Assembly: GCA_963701145.1 (NCBI GenBank)
Contig: OY969572.1
Span: 2,405,387-2,469,386 of the forward strand
Direction: 5' to 3'
DNA: 64,000 bases
Source of the DNA: an uncultured Solirubrobacteraceae bacterium
GTDB taxonomy: Bacteria > Actinomycetota > Thermoleophilia > Solirubrobacterales > Solirubrobacteraceae
Shown: one piece after another, positions 47,439 through 56,914 of the stretch
Position numbering within the stretch: position 1 is the first letter of the stretch
Layout: the number at the start of each line of letters is the position of its first letter
Notes under the pieces: model-generated
What the model saw: the letters and a program-made list of their open reading frames with translations, nothing else
Database searches by the model: none
Told to the model about the DNA's origin: nothing
Position numbers and translations under genes: made by a program

Positions 47439-49378
47439 CGGCGATGAGCCTGCACACGGCGGTGGCCGAGATCGTCAACGTGTCCTCTCCCAAAGGCGCG
47501 CCATGGGAGTTCCTGGTGGTGTTCGCCACGCTGCTGCTCGGACCGGTGGTGCTGAGGCGCGCACGCGTGCCCGGGATCATCGGCCTGCTGCTCGGCGGCT
47601 ATGTGATCGGGCCGCATGGCCTCGGTCTGATCGGCTCGGGCAACGACACGCTCCCCGACCTCGGCCAGCTCGGACTGCTCTACCTGATGTTCGTGGCCGG
47701 GGTCGAGCTCGACCTCAACCTGCTGCGCCGTCACCGGCGGGCGGCGATCGTCTTCGGAGTGCTCACCTTCGCGTTCCCGATGACGTGCGGGACGATCGTG
47801 GGCCTGTCGCTCGGATGGGAAGTGGAGGCGGCCCTGCTGCTCGGCTCGCTGCTCGCCTCGCACACCCTGATCACCTATCCCACCGTCCGCGACGCCGGTC
47901 TGGCCTCCGACCCGGCGGTGGCGACGGCGGTCGGGTCCACCGTGCTCACCGACACGCTCACGCTGGTCGTGCTCGCCGGCGTCGCCGGGTCTGCCGGCGG
48001 GGGCCGCTCGCCGCTCGAAGTGTTCACTCAGGTGGGGATCGGCCTCGCGGTGCTGATCGCGTTCAGCCTGCTCGTGCTGCCGCGGCTGGCGGCGCTGGCC
48101 TTCCGCTGGTTGGGTGCCGAGCGATCCGTTCGCTACGTCGTCGCCATCACCGCCTTCCTGTCGGCCGCGACGGTCGCCGAGCTGTTCGGCATCGAGGGCA
48201 TCGTGGGCGCGTTCTTCGCCGGGCTCGCGCTCAACCGGCTGGTGCCCAACGAGGGGGAGCTGATGGATCGCATCGCGTTCTTCGGCGGTACCGTCTTCAT
48301 CCCGGTGTTCCTCGTCTCGGTCGGGCTGATCCTCAACCCCGCGGTGATGGCCCAGCCGAAGACACTCGGCCTCGCCGGGCTGTTCCTGCTGGCCTGCCTT
48401 GGCGGCAAGGCCACGGCCGCCTTCGTCTCCACCCGTATGCTCGGCTTCTCCCGTCCTCAGGGCGAATTGCTGTTCTCGTTGAGCGTCGCCCAGGCGGCCG
48501 CCACGCTGGCGGCGACGGTCGTCGGCTTCCAGATCGGTCTGTTCGACACCTCCGTCGTGAACGCCGTGCTCGTGCTCATCTTCGTCAGCGTGCTCACCTC
48601 CAGCCTCGTCGGCGCTCGCGCGAGCGGCCGTGTGCAGGTCGTCAACGGCGGCCCTGAGCCCCTGGGGACGCGGGTGGTGGTGGGCGTGGGCGACCCCGAG
48701 GCCGCCCGGGGGGCACTCTCGATCGCCGTGCGGATCGCCCGGGCCGACGGCGGGGTGGTGCATCCCGTGCTCGTGATCCCCGAGTCCGATCCGGTGGTCC
48801 CGAGGGCGGCGCGGGTGCGCTTCGGAGAGGTCACGACGGCGGCCGGGGTGGACGGCCAGCCCTCCACGATCGTGGACCGCTCGCTCCTCGATGGCGCGAT
48901 GCGCGCCGGCGCGGCCGAGGGAGCGACCCTCGTGCTGGTCGCGGAGTCGATCGCCGCCGAGCCCGTGGAGGGGGAGGGAGAGGGGGTGCCCGACGGAGCC
49001 GAGCCCGAGGGCCCGGCCGGCGCTCGCGCGGACGGCGGGGAGGGGAGGCGCGACGGCCCGCGCCGCCACGCTCCGCCGGTGGCGCTCGTGCGTGGCTACA
49101 GCCCGCGCATCGGAGCGGTGCGCACGGTCGTCTCCGGCGAGCATGACGGCGACCCGCCGTCAGTGGCTGCCGAGATGGCGCGCCGCGTTGCCGATGGGGC
49201 CGCCGAGCAGGTGCACGAGGGCGATCCCAACTGGTCGGAGTCGCTCGCTCCGGGCGATGTCACGTTCGTCTCGGCCCCCGCCGGCGAGTCGCCGTCCGCG
49301 TTGCCCCGGGGCGCGCCGGGGATCGTCGTCACGACGCTGAGCGCAGCCGCGGTGCGCGGCGCGGGCGCTGGCTCCTAG
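47435..49378 (+). CDS. Cation:proton antiporter (CPA2/Na_H exchanger) with C-terminal USP-like region
   Basis: LGQLGLLYLMFVAGVELD, LFGIEGIVGAFFAGL, FIPVFLVSVGL; ATGA overlap with SBP. Confidence 0.9.
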   Translation: MTAMSLHTAVAEIVNVSSPKGAPWEFLVVFATLLLGPVVLRRARVPGIIGLLLGGYVIGPHGLGLIGSGNDTLPDLGQLGLLYLMFVAGVELDLNLLRRHRRAAIVFGVLTFAFPMTCGTIVGLSLGWEVEAALLLGSLLASHTLITYPTVRDAGLASDPAVATAVGSTVLTDTLTLVVLAGVAGSAGGGRSPLEVFTQVGIGLAVLIAFSLLVLPRLAALAFRWLGAERSVRYVVAITAFLSAATVAELFGIEGIVGAFFAGLALNRLVPNEGELMDRIAFFGGTVFIPVFLVSVGLILNPAVMAQPKTLGLAGLFLLACLGGKATAAFVSTRMLGFSRPQGELLFSLSVAQAAATLAATVVGFQIGLFDTSVVNAVLVLIFVSVLTSSLVGARASGRVQVVNGGPEPLGTRVVVGVGDPEAARGALSIAVRIARADGGVVHPVLVIPESDPVVPRAARVRFGEVTTAAGVDGQPSTIVDRSLLDGAMRAGAAEGATLVLVAESIAAEPVEGEGEGVPDGAEPEGPAGARADGGEGRRDGPRRHAPPVALVRGYSPRIGAVRTVVSGEHDGDPPSVAAEMARRVADGAAEQVHEGDPNWSESLAPGDVTFVSAPAGESPSALPRGAPGIVVTTLSAAAVRGAGAGS

Positions 49379-50620
49379 TGGACGTGTCCGCAAGTTTTGC
49401 GGTTTATTGGGAGGGATGATGGTCGGCGCGCAGAATTATGTGTTGTGCCCAGGTCCAGCACCCAGGTGATCGAGCTCTCCGAGGAGGAGCGGGTGGAGCT
49501 TGAGCGGCGGGCGTGCACGGTCACGTTGCCGTTCCGGGTGGTGCAGCGGGCGCGGATGATGCTCTATGCGGCTGAGGGTATGCAGGACATCGATATCGCC
49601 GCGCGGCTGGACTGTTCGCCGGATAGTGTCGCGCGGCGAAGAGCCCGGTTTCGGGCTGAGCGGCTGGATGGGCTTGAGGATCAAGCGCGGTCTGGTCGAC
49701 CGCGTCGTTTTCCCCCCGGAAGAGGTCGCCGAGGTCAAGGCGGTCGCGTGCGAGCTGCCGCGCACCCACGGGCTGGCGCTCTCGCGTTTCTCCCGGGTTG
49801 AGCTGCACCGGCTGGTGATCGAGCGCGGCGTGACCGAGGCGTCGGCCTCGACGATCTGGCGGTGGCTGCATGAGGACGCGATCAAGCCGTGGCAGACGCG
49901 CTCTTGGATCTTCCCGCGCGACCCCGATTTCGCTACCAAGGCCGCGCGCGTGTTGGATCTCTACGCGCGCGTCTTCGACGGCAAGCGGCTGCGCCCAGAC
50001 GAGTACGTCATCAGCGCTGATGAGAAGACGCAGCTGCAAGCCCTCGGTCGCCATCATCAGACGATTGCGCCTGGGCCGGGGCGCTCGGGCCTGGTCGAGT
50101 TCGAGTACCTGCGCGGCGGGACGCTCGCCTACCTCGCTGCCTGGGACGTGCACCACGCCAACCTGTTTGACCGGGTCGAGCAGACGACCGGGATCGTCCC
50201 CTTCGGCCGGCTCGTGGACCAGGTCATGCAGATCGAGCCCTACCGATCTGCCCGCATCGTCTACTGGGTCGTGGACAACGGCTCCAGCCACGCCGGCAAG
50301 GCCTCCGTCAAACGGATGACCGAGGCATACCCGAACGCCCGGCTGATCCATCTCCCCGTCCACGCCTCGTGGCTGAACCAGATCGAGATCTACTTCTCGA
50401 TCGTTCAGCGCAAGGCGCTGACCCCCAACGACTTCGCGACCCTGCCCGAACTCGCCAGGCACCTGCTGGACTTCGCCCAGCACTACCGCACGCTCGCCCG
50501 ACCGTTTGAGTGGACTTTCACCCGCGCCAAGCTCGACAACGTGATCGAGAAGATCACCCGTCACGAAGCGCAACCCCTCGCCCTCGCAGCATGAACCGCA
50601 ACACTTGCGGACGCGTCCAC
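49378..50620 (+). mobile_element. IS630 family insertion sequence (1243 bp)
   Basis: 27-bp TIRs GTGGACGTGTCCGCAAGTTTTGCGGTT / AACCGCAACACTTGCGGACGCGTCCAC (2 mismatches); TA duplication at 49376-49377 and 50621-50622. Confidence 0.95.
49445..50594 (+). CDS. IS630 transposase (probable -1 frameshift at TTTTCCCCCC 49708-49717)
   Basis: HTH N-terminus (RSGRPR); DDE core SADEK, VVDNGSSH, WLNQIE. Confidence 0.9.
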
Positions 50621-51417
50621 TAGCCGACGGTGATCGCGCCGGCCAGGCGCGCGGCGGACTCCGGGTCGTGCGAGGGCAGGTAGATCGTCGGGTGCTCGGC
50701 GCAGTGGGCGAGGATCGTCTCGAGCGTCGCCACCTGCGCCTTGGGATCCGGCGCGACCGCGTCGGCGCGCCGCGCGTGCAGCTGCTCGAGCGTGTCGCTG
50801 GCGTCGCCGGCGAGCATCACGTGGCGAGACGAGTCGTCCACGCAGATCACCGAGATGTGACCGGGCGTGTGCCCGCTGGTCTCCACCGCGACGATGCGCC
50901 CGTCGTCGCTGAGCGGGCGGCTGCGCCGGAACGCCCCGAAGGGCCCCCCGTCGAGCGCGAACGGCTCCGGCGCGAACCCGGGCGGCAGCGGCTGGCGCAG
51001 CACGCGACGCATGACCCGTGCGGAGGGCGTCCTCGTGAACTGCAGCTCCGCATCGTTGATCCGCACGGGCGCGCGCACGTGGACGAGCCCGTCAACGTGA
51101 TCGCCGTGATGGTGGGTGAGGATCACCTCCGCGACGTCATCCAGCGACAGGCCGGCTGCCGCCATGGCCCCCGGCAGCTCCTGCTCGGGCGCCACCTCGA
51201 AGCGAGCGAACGGGAGATCCCGCGCGGACGCGCTCTCGCCGCTGTCGACCAGCAGCAGGCGACCGTCGTGCTCGATCGCCCAGCAGTGGATCGGCATTGC
51301 AGCCGGCGACCACGGACCGGGCAGGAACAGGTCGAGCTGGCGCCGCCCGCCGCTGCTTGCGTGCAGGAACGCCTGCTTGAGGCGCACGGCGCCGGTGCTC
51401 AACGCATGAATGCGCAT
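50620..51417 (-). CDS. N-acyl homoserine lactonase family MBL-fold hydrolase
   Basis: THHHGDHVDG, GHTPGH, LAGDA, YLPSHD. Confidence 0.85.
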   Translation of the reverse strand: MRIHALSTGAVRLKQAFLHASSGGRRQLDLFLPGPWSPAAMPIHCWAIEHDGRLLLVDSGESASARDLPFARFEVAPEQELPGAMAAAGLSLDDVAEVILTHHHGDHVDGLVHVRAPVRINDAELQFTRTPSARVMRRVLRQPLPPGFAPEPFALDGGPFGAFRRSRPLSDDGRIVAVETSGHTPGHISVICVDDSSRHVMLAGDASDTLEQLHARRADAVAPDPKAQVATLETILAHCAEHPTIYLPSHDPESAARLAGAITVG

Positions 51418-51433
51418 GCCTGAAGCCGGGCCC

Positions 51434-51562
51434 TCACCGGATGACCTTCGTCTCGAGCTTTCCGCAGATCTCGCACTTGCGCTCGAGCACGTAGTCTTTC
51501 GCGCTCCCTTTCCCCCAGGCTCGCTCCCACGTGCCCCATTTGTGTTTGTGCCAGAACCTCAT
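51434..51562 (-). CDS. 42-aa putative Zn-binding protein (not in ORF track)
   Basis: MRFWHKHKWGTWERAWGKGSAKDYVLERKCEICGKLETKVIR; GATAAT 6 nt upstream (leaderless). Confidence 0.6.
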   Translation of the reverse strand: MRFWHKHKWGTWERAWGKGSAKDYVLERKCEICGKLETKVIR

Positions 51563-51607
51563 GGCGCCATTATCCCCATAGGGGCGACGAGTCCGCCGGC
51601 GCGCCGG

Positions 51608-51691
51608 TCAGAGGTCGATCACCCGCAGCTCGGCGTGCGCTTCGGCGATGCGGCTGTGGTCGTCGCCCTGAGTGAGGAGGGGCAGCCCGTA
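51608..51691 (-). pseudogene. PIN/VapC C-terminal remnant
   Basis: YGLPLLTQGDDHSRIAEAHAELRVIDL*, preceded by an in-frame stop. Confidence 0.5.
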
Positions 51692-51705
51692 CTAGCGTAC
51701 GCCCC

Positions 51706-52575
51706 GTGCGCTTGGCCACCTGGAACGTGAACTCCGCGAAGCAGCGCAAGCCGCGCCTGCTGGCGTGGCTGGACGAGCGCCGGCCCGACGTGGTGTGCCT
51801 GCAGGAGACCAAGCTCGCGGACGGCGCCTTCGACGAGCTCTTCGGCGAGGAGCTCGCCGCCCGCGGCTATGCGGTCGCCCGCCACGGCGAGGTGCAGTGG
51901 AACGGGGTGGCCATCCTCTCTCGCGCGGGGCTCGAGGACGTCGTGCCCGGGCTCCCGGGTGCGCCGTCCTTCGCGGGCGCGCACCCGGAGGCGCGAGCGG
52001 TGTCGGCGACGTGCGGCGGGATCCGCGTGCACTGCGTGTACGTGCCCAACGGGCGGGTTCCCGATTCCGAGCACTACCACTACAAGCTCGCGTGGCTGGC
52101 CGCGCTCGGGGAGGTGATCCGCGACGGCCCGCAGGCGGTGATGGTGTGCGGGGACGTGAACATCGCGCCCGCCGACGTGGACGTGTTCGACCCCGCCGCG
52201 TATACCGGCCAGACCCACGTGACGGCGCCCGAGCGCGCGGCGCTGGCCGGGCTGATGGAGCTCGGGCTGCGCGACGTGGTGCGCGATCGCTGGCCCGGGG
52301 AGCGCGTGTTCACCTACTGGGACTACCGCGCCGGGATGTTCCATCAGGACCTCGGGATGCGCATCGACCTGGTGCTCGCCGGCGCCCCCGTGGCCGCTCG
52401 CGTGCGTGCCGCGTGGGTGGACCGGCAGGCGCGCAAGGGCACCGGCCCGAGCGATCACGCGCCGGTGATGGTCGACCTCGACGAGGCCCCCGACGGCGAC
52501 ATCGGACCGGTGGTGCCGCCGCCCTCCGCCCCGGCCACCGGCCGACGCCCGGCCAAGCTCCCGCAGTCGCCGTGA
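51706..52575 (+). CDS. xth: Exodeoxyribonuclease III
   Basis: MRLATWNVNS, LQETK, YVPNG, GDVNIAP, RIDL, SDHAPV. Confidence 0.95.
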   Translation: MRLATWNVNSAKQRKPRLLAWLDERRPDVVCLQETKLADGAFDELFGEELAARGYAVARHGEVQWNGVAILSRAGLEDVVPGLPGAPSFAGAHPEARAVSATCGGIRVHCVYVPNGRVPDSEHYHYKLAWLAALGEVIRDGPQAVMVCGDVNIAPADVDVFDPAAYTGQTHVTAPERAALAGLMELGLRDVVRDRWPGERVFTYWDYRAGMFHQDLGMRIDLVLAGAPVAARVRAAWVDRQARKGTGPSDHAPVMVDLDEAPDGDIGPVVPPPSAPATGRRPAKLPQSP

Positions 52576-52642
52576 GCGCAGGCGAGCGGCGGCGGCGGGC
52601 CCGCCAACGTCCTGGCAGCCGACTTCCCGTAGGCCGGGCGGC

Positions 52643-53296
52643 CTACGGGTCCTGCGTCCCGCGCTCCTCGGTCATCGCCATCAGCCCCCGCAGGAACACT
52701 TCGCACATGGTCGCGTACAGGCCGTCGTCGAGCTCGGGGTCGATGATGCGGTCGAGCAGGAAGCCGTCGGCCATGACGAAGCTCATGGCCGCCACGTCCG
52801 CGTGGGGCAGGATCGGCTCGATCCCCAGCGCGGCCGTCCAGCGGGCGAACAGCTCGGCCATGCGCTCGCGCACCGCCCGCTGGCGGGCGGCGAACTGCAC
52901 CCGGAAGGCGTCGTTGCGGGCGGCATGGACGGCGAACTCCTGGTACAGGCGCGGCCACTCGGGATCGCGGTCGATGTAGCTGAGCAGGTCGTCCGCGGCC
53001 GTGCGGGCCACGTCCACGGCCTCGCCGCTACCGGCCAGCGCCGCCTCCAGGCGCGCCATCTCGGCGCCGAACTTCTCGTCGAGCATCGCCAGGAACAGGT
53101 CCTCCTTGCTCGTGAAGTTCGCGTAGAACGCTCCCTTGGTGTAGCCGGCCTCGGTGGCGATGTGGTCGATCGAGGCGCCGTCCAGGCCGTGTTCGCAGAT
53201 CTCGTGCGAGGCCGAGCGCAAGAGCGCCGCACGGGTGCTCGCCTGGCGTTCCGCGCGGGTGGGTCCGGCGCCGCGGCGCGCGCGCACGGCGTTCAA
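52643..53296 (-). CDS. TetR/AcrR family regulator
   Basis: IATEAGYTKGAFYANFTSKEDL; 4-bp overlap with P450. Confidence 0.93.
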   Translation of the reverse strand: MNAVRARRGAGPTRAERQASTRAALLRSASHEICEHGLDGASIDHIATEAGYTKGAFYANFTSKEDLFLAMLDEKFGAEMARLEAALAGSGEAVDVARTAADDLLSYIDRDPEWPRLYQEFAVHAARNDAFRVQFAARQRAVRERMAELFARWTAALGIEPILPHADVAAMSFVMADGFLLDRIIDPELDDGLYATMCEVFLRGLMAMTEERGTQDP

Positions 53297-54735
53297 GCGG
53301 CGGCCGCCCCGACGTCAGCCGCGGCGACCCCGATGTCTGGCTGGGAGGCCGAGGCGGGCTCCTGCGCGGCGGCATCCGCGGCGCCCTCGACGGCGCCGTG
53401 CGCGTCCGCGATGGCGGCTGCGGGGGCCGCTGGACCGACGATCACCTCGGCGTCGCGCCTGGGCGTCTCGGTGATCGCGCGCCGGTAGTTGCGCTCGGAG
53501 GCGGGTCGCGCGGGGGCGATCGTGCGTCGCAGCACGAGCTCGCGGAGCACGACCTCCATCTCGAACTGCGCGAACGCCGCGCCCAGGCAACGGCGCACGC
53601 CGCCGCCGAACGGGATCCACGTGTACGTGCCCGGCGCCCTGCCGCCCTCCTCCTCGAGGAACCGCTCGGGGCGGAACTCGTGGGGTTCGGGGTAGATGTC
53701 CGCGCGCCGGTGGACGAGGTGGATGGACGGCGCGATGGACACGCCCGCGGGGAGCATCCGCCCGCCGATCTCCATCGGCTCGACCAGGCGGCGAATGACG
53801 ATGGAGATGACCGGGCGCAGGCGGAGCGTCTCCTGGATGACCGCCTGCAGGTAGCGGTTCTCCCCCGCGCGTACCTCCTCGGTCAGGCGGCCGAGCTTCT
53901 CGGGGTGCCGGCACAGCCGCTCGGCGGCCCAGGCGAGCGCGTTGGCGGTGGTCTCGTGCCCGGCGACGAGCAGCGTGACGAGCTCGTCGCGGAGCTCAAC
54001 GTCTGACATCGGCGAGCCGTCCTCGTGGGTGGCCTGCAACAGCAGCGACATGATGTCGTCGCGCTCGGCGAGGTCGCCGGCGCCGCGGCGCGCGGTGATC
54101 TCCTCGTAGATGGGGGCGTTCACGCGGTCGAGCTCGCGGCGAAAGGCGGCTAGCCGCTGGATGCGCACGGGGCCGAGCGCCATCAACGCGACGCCGTGGA
54201 GCGGGTCGGTGAGGATGTCCAGCAGGTGGCGGAGCTGCTCCCGCAGGCGCTGCACGCGCGGCCCCTCGACCACGCCGAACACCGCCCGCAGGATGATCTC
54301 GAGCGTGAGCGCCTGCATGCGCGGTCGCAGCTTGTAGGGCTCGCCCAGCGGCCAGCTCTCGATCTCCTCGGCGGCCACCCCCGCCATCAGCTCGCCGTAG
54401 CGCTGCATGCGCTCGCCGTGGAACGCCGGCAGCATCAGCTTGCGCTGGCTGAGGTGGGGGCGATCGTCGAGCAGCAGCACCGAGCTCGGCCCGAGCACGG
54501 GCAGCAGCACGCGATTGCCTTCGCCCGCGTGCAGCAGGCGCGGGTCGCCGGTGAACACCTGCTTGATCGCATCGGGGTTGGAGGTCATCACCCACGTGCC
54601 TTCGTTGGCGATCTTCAGGGTGAACATGTCGCCGAAGCGCGCCTGGCAGGTGTCGAGCATCCACTGCGCGTTACGGAACCAAAGAACCGTCTGCGCGGCG
54701 CGCGGCAGGCGGGGTCCAGCGGGGAGTCCGACCAT
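53293..54735 (-). CDS. Cytochrome P450
   Basis: AGHETT, ETLRLRP, PERF, PFGGGVRRCLG. Confidence 0.96.
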   Translation of the reverse strand: MVGLPAGPRLPRAAQTVLWFRNAQWMLDTCQARFGDMFTLKIANEGTWVMTSNPDAIKQVFTGDPRLLHAGEGNRVLLPVLGPSSVLLLDDRPHLSQRKLMLPAFHGERMQRYGELMAGVAAEEIESWPLGEPYKLRPRMQALTLEIILRAVFGVVEGPRVQRLREQLRHLLDILTDPLHGVALMALGPVRIQRLAAFRRELDRVNAPIYEEITARRGAGDLAERDDIMSLLLQATHEDGSPMSDVELRDELVTLLVAGHETTANALAWAAERLCRHPEKLGRLTEEVRAGENRYLQAVIQETLRLRPVISIVIRRLVEPMEIGGRMLPAGVSIAPSIHLVHRRADIYPEPHEFRPERFLEEEGGRAPGTYTWIPFGGGVRRCLGAAFAQFEMEVVLRELVLRRTIAPARPASERNYRRAITETPRRDAEVIVGPAAPAAAIADAHGAVEGAADAAAQEPASASQPDIGVAAADVGAAAA

Positions 54736-54744
54736 ATCGTTTCG

Positions 54745-54782
54745 CATACCGAGGGGTATCCTGTCACATACCGCTCAGGATG
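54745..54782. promoter_or_regulatory. Two related imperfect palindromes, possible TetR operators
   Basis: CATACCGAGGGGTATC and CATACCGCTCAGGATG. Confidence 0.4.
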
Positions 54783-54833
54783 TCAACGGCGAACTCCTAT
54801 TTATTTTTTTATTTAGGAGGAGATCGTCGTGGC

Positions 54834-56867
54834 TCACCCGGCGAGTGGTTCGGGCGGGGCGATCTGCCATGAGAACGCGAGCATCGAGGAGGCCGTCAGG
54901 TCGATCGCCGGCTCGGTGTTGGTGAAGGCCTGGACGTTGTCTTCGTACTTGGCCCTGGCGCCGTTGAACACCTTGAACGCGTTCCCGCCGGCGGCCGGGC
55001 AGGCGCGCATCCCCGGGAGCTTGCCGGAGCTCTTTTCGTCCGACGGGCCCTCCACCACCGCGCCCGCGAGCACCGGCGGGGCGCCGTCGAGGGAGCCGAC
55101 GATGTTGGCCACCTGGTGCTGGAGGCAGTCGGGGAAGGTGGAGCCGTCGCCGACGATGAACGACGAGCCCCACGCGTTGGCGCCGAGGACGTTGCCCAGC
55201 CAGCGCCCGGCGTAGGCGTTGTAGGTGGATGCGCCCGCCAGGTAGTCGTACTCGGAGGCCATCACCGACAGGCCGTCCCCGTGCGACGCGGTGTCCGCTT
55301 CGGCCCACGGGAAGCCGAACCCGAACGGTTCGCCCTGGGACTGCTCCACCGCCGCCTGGAGTTTTTCGCCGAGGCCGGCGATCAGCTGCGCTTCCCCCTC
55401 CGGGGACGATGCGTCGAGCGCCAGGCCCGACGGTGCGCCGGCGGCGCGCAGCGCGCGCACGAGCTCGAAGTCGGCGAGGCCGCTCACGTCGTACAGGTTC
55501 AGCCCTTCGCCCCCTTCGCCGTTGTGGGCGATGTATTCCTTGGCCCAGTGGGTCGCGTTTTCGAGGTAGTACAGCGGCTGCGTGTGGGGGAGTCCCGCGG
55601 GCAACGTCGCGCCCGATGACAGCGCGCTCGCCAGCTCCGTGGCGCCCAGCTCGAGGTCGTCGCGCCATTCGCTCTCCGGGTAGAAGTCGAACGGGATGGT
55701 CGTCAGCAGGTTGCCCTTCGGGTCGGTGTTCGCCAGTTCGAAGATGTGCTCGGCCGCGAGCAGGCAGCGGTCGGCGAGTTCCGGGCGCGTCCGGTCGAAC
55801 ACCTGGAAGCACTCCGCGAACGCCGCCGCGTCTCGCCCAGCCAGGTTGGGGCTCACCGGCGAGCCCGGCGGGCCAGCCCGGAACACGGGGCGGTGGCGGA
55901 TGAAGCGGTCGGCCGGGTCCGAGCCGCCGAACGTGTCGTCTTCCTGGGGCAGGCGCCAGATGTCGTGGTCGCCGGTGGTGCTCGAGTTGCCCTCGCCGAT
56001 GCCCACCTGGTAGTACAGCGTGCGGGTGGAGTCGTTCCACATCCGCAGCAGCCATTCCACCCCGAAGCGCGCCTCTTCGGTGAAGTTCGAGCGGGCCGCC
56101 GTCGTGCCCATCTCGCCGGGGAAGTCGCGCACGCCGATCTCCATCAGGTCCACCGCGTAGCTGGTGGTCTGCACGAACTTCAGGTAGTCGCCCGCGTCCC
56201 ACCAGCCGCCCGAGGCGTTGATCGTTTCGCCGAGGCTTTCCAGTTCGCCCTTGAATTCGCCTTCGTCGTTGACCGTCGGGGTCACGTACGTCATGGCGCC
56301 CTCGTCGTTGAGGTGCGCCGGCGCGGTGCGCAGCGCCGAGGGGATGTATTCGGGGCCGTCGCGCTCGTTCTCGTAGAAGGACAGGGTGTTCGCCAGCGGC
56401 CCTTCGTACAGCGCCTGGGCGGACCCGATGGCGAACGCCGGCGAGGACGCCGGCTCGGGGCCGGCCACGGACACGGTGTACGTGCCCGGGGTCTGTACCG
56501 CGTCGAAGTCGAGCGGGTACACGTACTTGAAGCGCTTGCTCCACGCGCCCGCGCCATCGTCCCCGGAGGGGGACGCGCCAACGGTGGCGCTGAACACGCT
56601 GTCCCCTTCGCCGTTGGCCACCGTGAACGTCGCCCCCGTCTCGCGCTTGGCCGACATCAGGTACGCCCGCTTGGGCGCGGCCGTCGGGTAGCCGACCTGG
56701 TTGACGCGGACGAACGCCTTCGCCTTCCCCGTACCGGGACGATGCGGGGACGATTTGCCGGAGGGCGCCTTACCGGTCGCATCTGCCGTGAGCGGCCCCA
56801 ACGCCGCCGCCGCCAGTGCCACCGCCACTGTCACCGCGCCCCTCACGCCGCCAACGCTAGCCGACAT
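54834..56867 (-). CDS. Glycoside hydrolase family 9 with N-terminal Ig-like domain, secreted
   Basis: VRVNQVGY, GGWWDAGDYLKF, LGANAWGSSFIVG, HQVAN, NTEPAID. Confidence 0.9.
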   Translation of the reverse strand: MSASVGGVRGAVTVAVALAAAALGPLTADATGKAPSGKSSPHRPGTGKAKAFVRVNQVGYPTAAPKRAYLMSAKRETGATFTVANGEGDSVFSATVGASPSGDDGAGAWSKRFKYVYPLDFDAVQTPGTYTVSVAGPEPASSPAFAIGSAQALYEGPLANTLSFYENERDGPEYIPSALRTAPAHLNDEGAMTYVTPTVNDEGEFKGELESLGETINASGGWWDAGDYLKFVQTTSYAVDLMEIGVRDFPGEMGTTAARSNFTEEARFGVEWLLRMWNDSTRTLYYQVGIGEGNSSTTGDHDIWRLPQEDDTFGGSDPADRFIRHRPVFRAGPPGSPVSPNLAGRDAAAFAECFQVFDRTRPELADRCLLAAEHIFELANTDPKGNLLTTIPFDFYPESEWRDDLELGATELASALSSGATLPAGLPHTQPLYYLENATHWAKEYIAHNGEGGEGLNLYDVSGLADFELVRALRAAGAPSGLALDASSPEGEAQLIAGLGEKLQAAVEQSQGEPFGFGFPWAEADTASHGDGLSVMASEYDYLAGASTYNAYAGRWLGNVLGANAWGSSFIVGDGSTFPDCLQHQVANIVGSLDGAPPVLAGAVVEGPSDEKSSGKLPGMRACPAAGGNAFKVFNGARAKYEDNVQAFTNTEPAIDLTASSMLAFSWQIAPPEPLAG

Positions 56868-56914
56868 GTGCTTTCGCCGCGCCGGCCCGTCTCCTGTTGT
56901 CTAAGAACCTGCTT

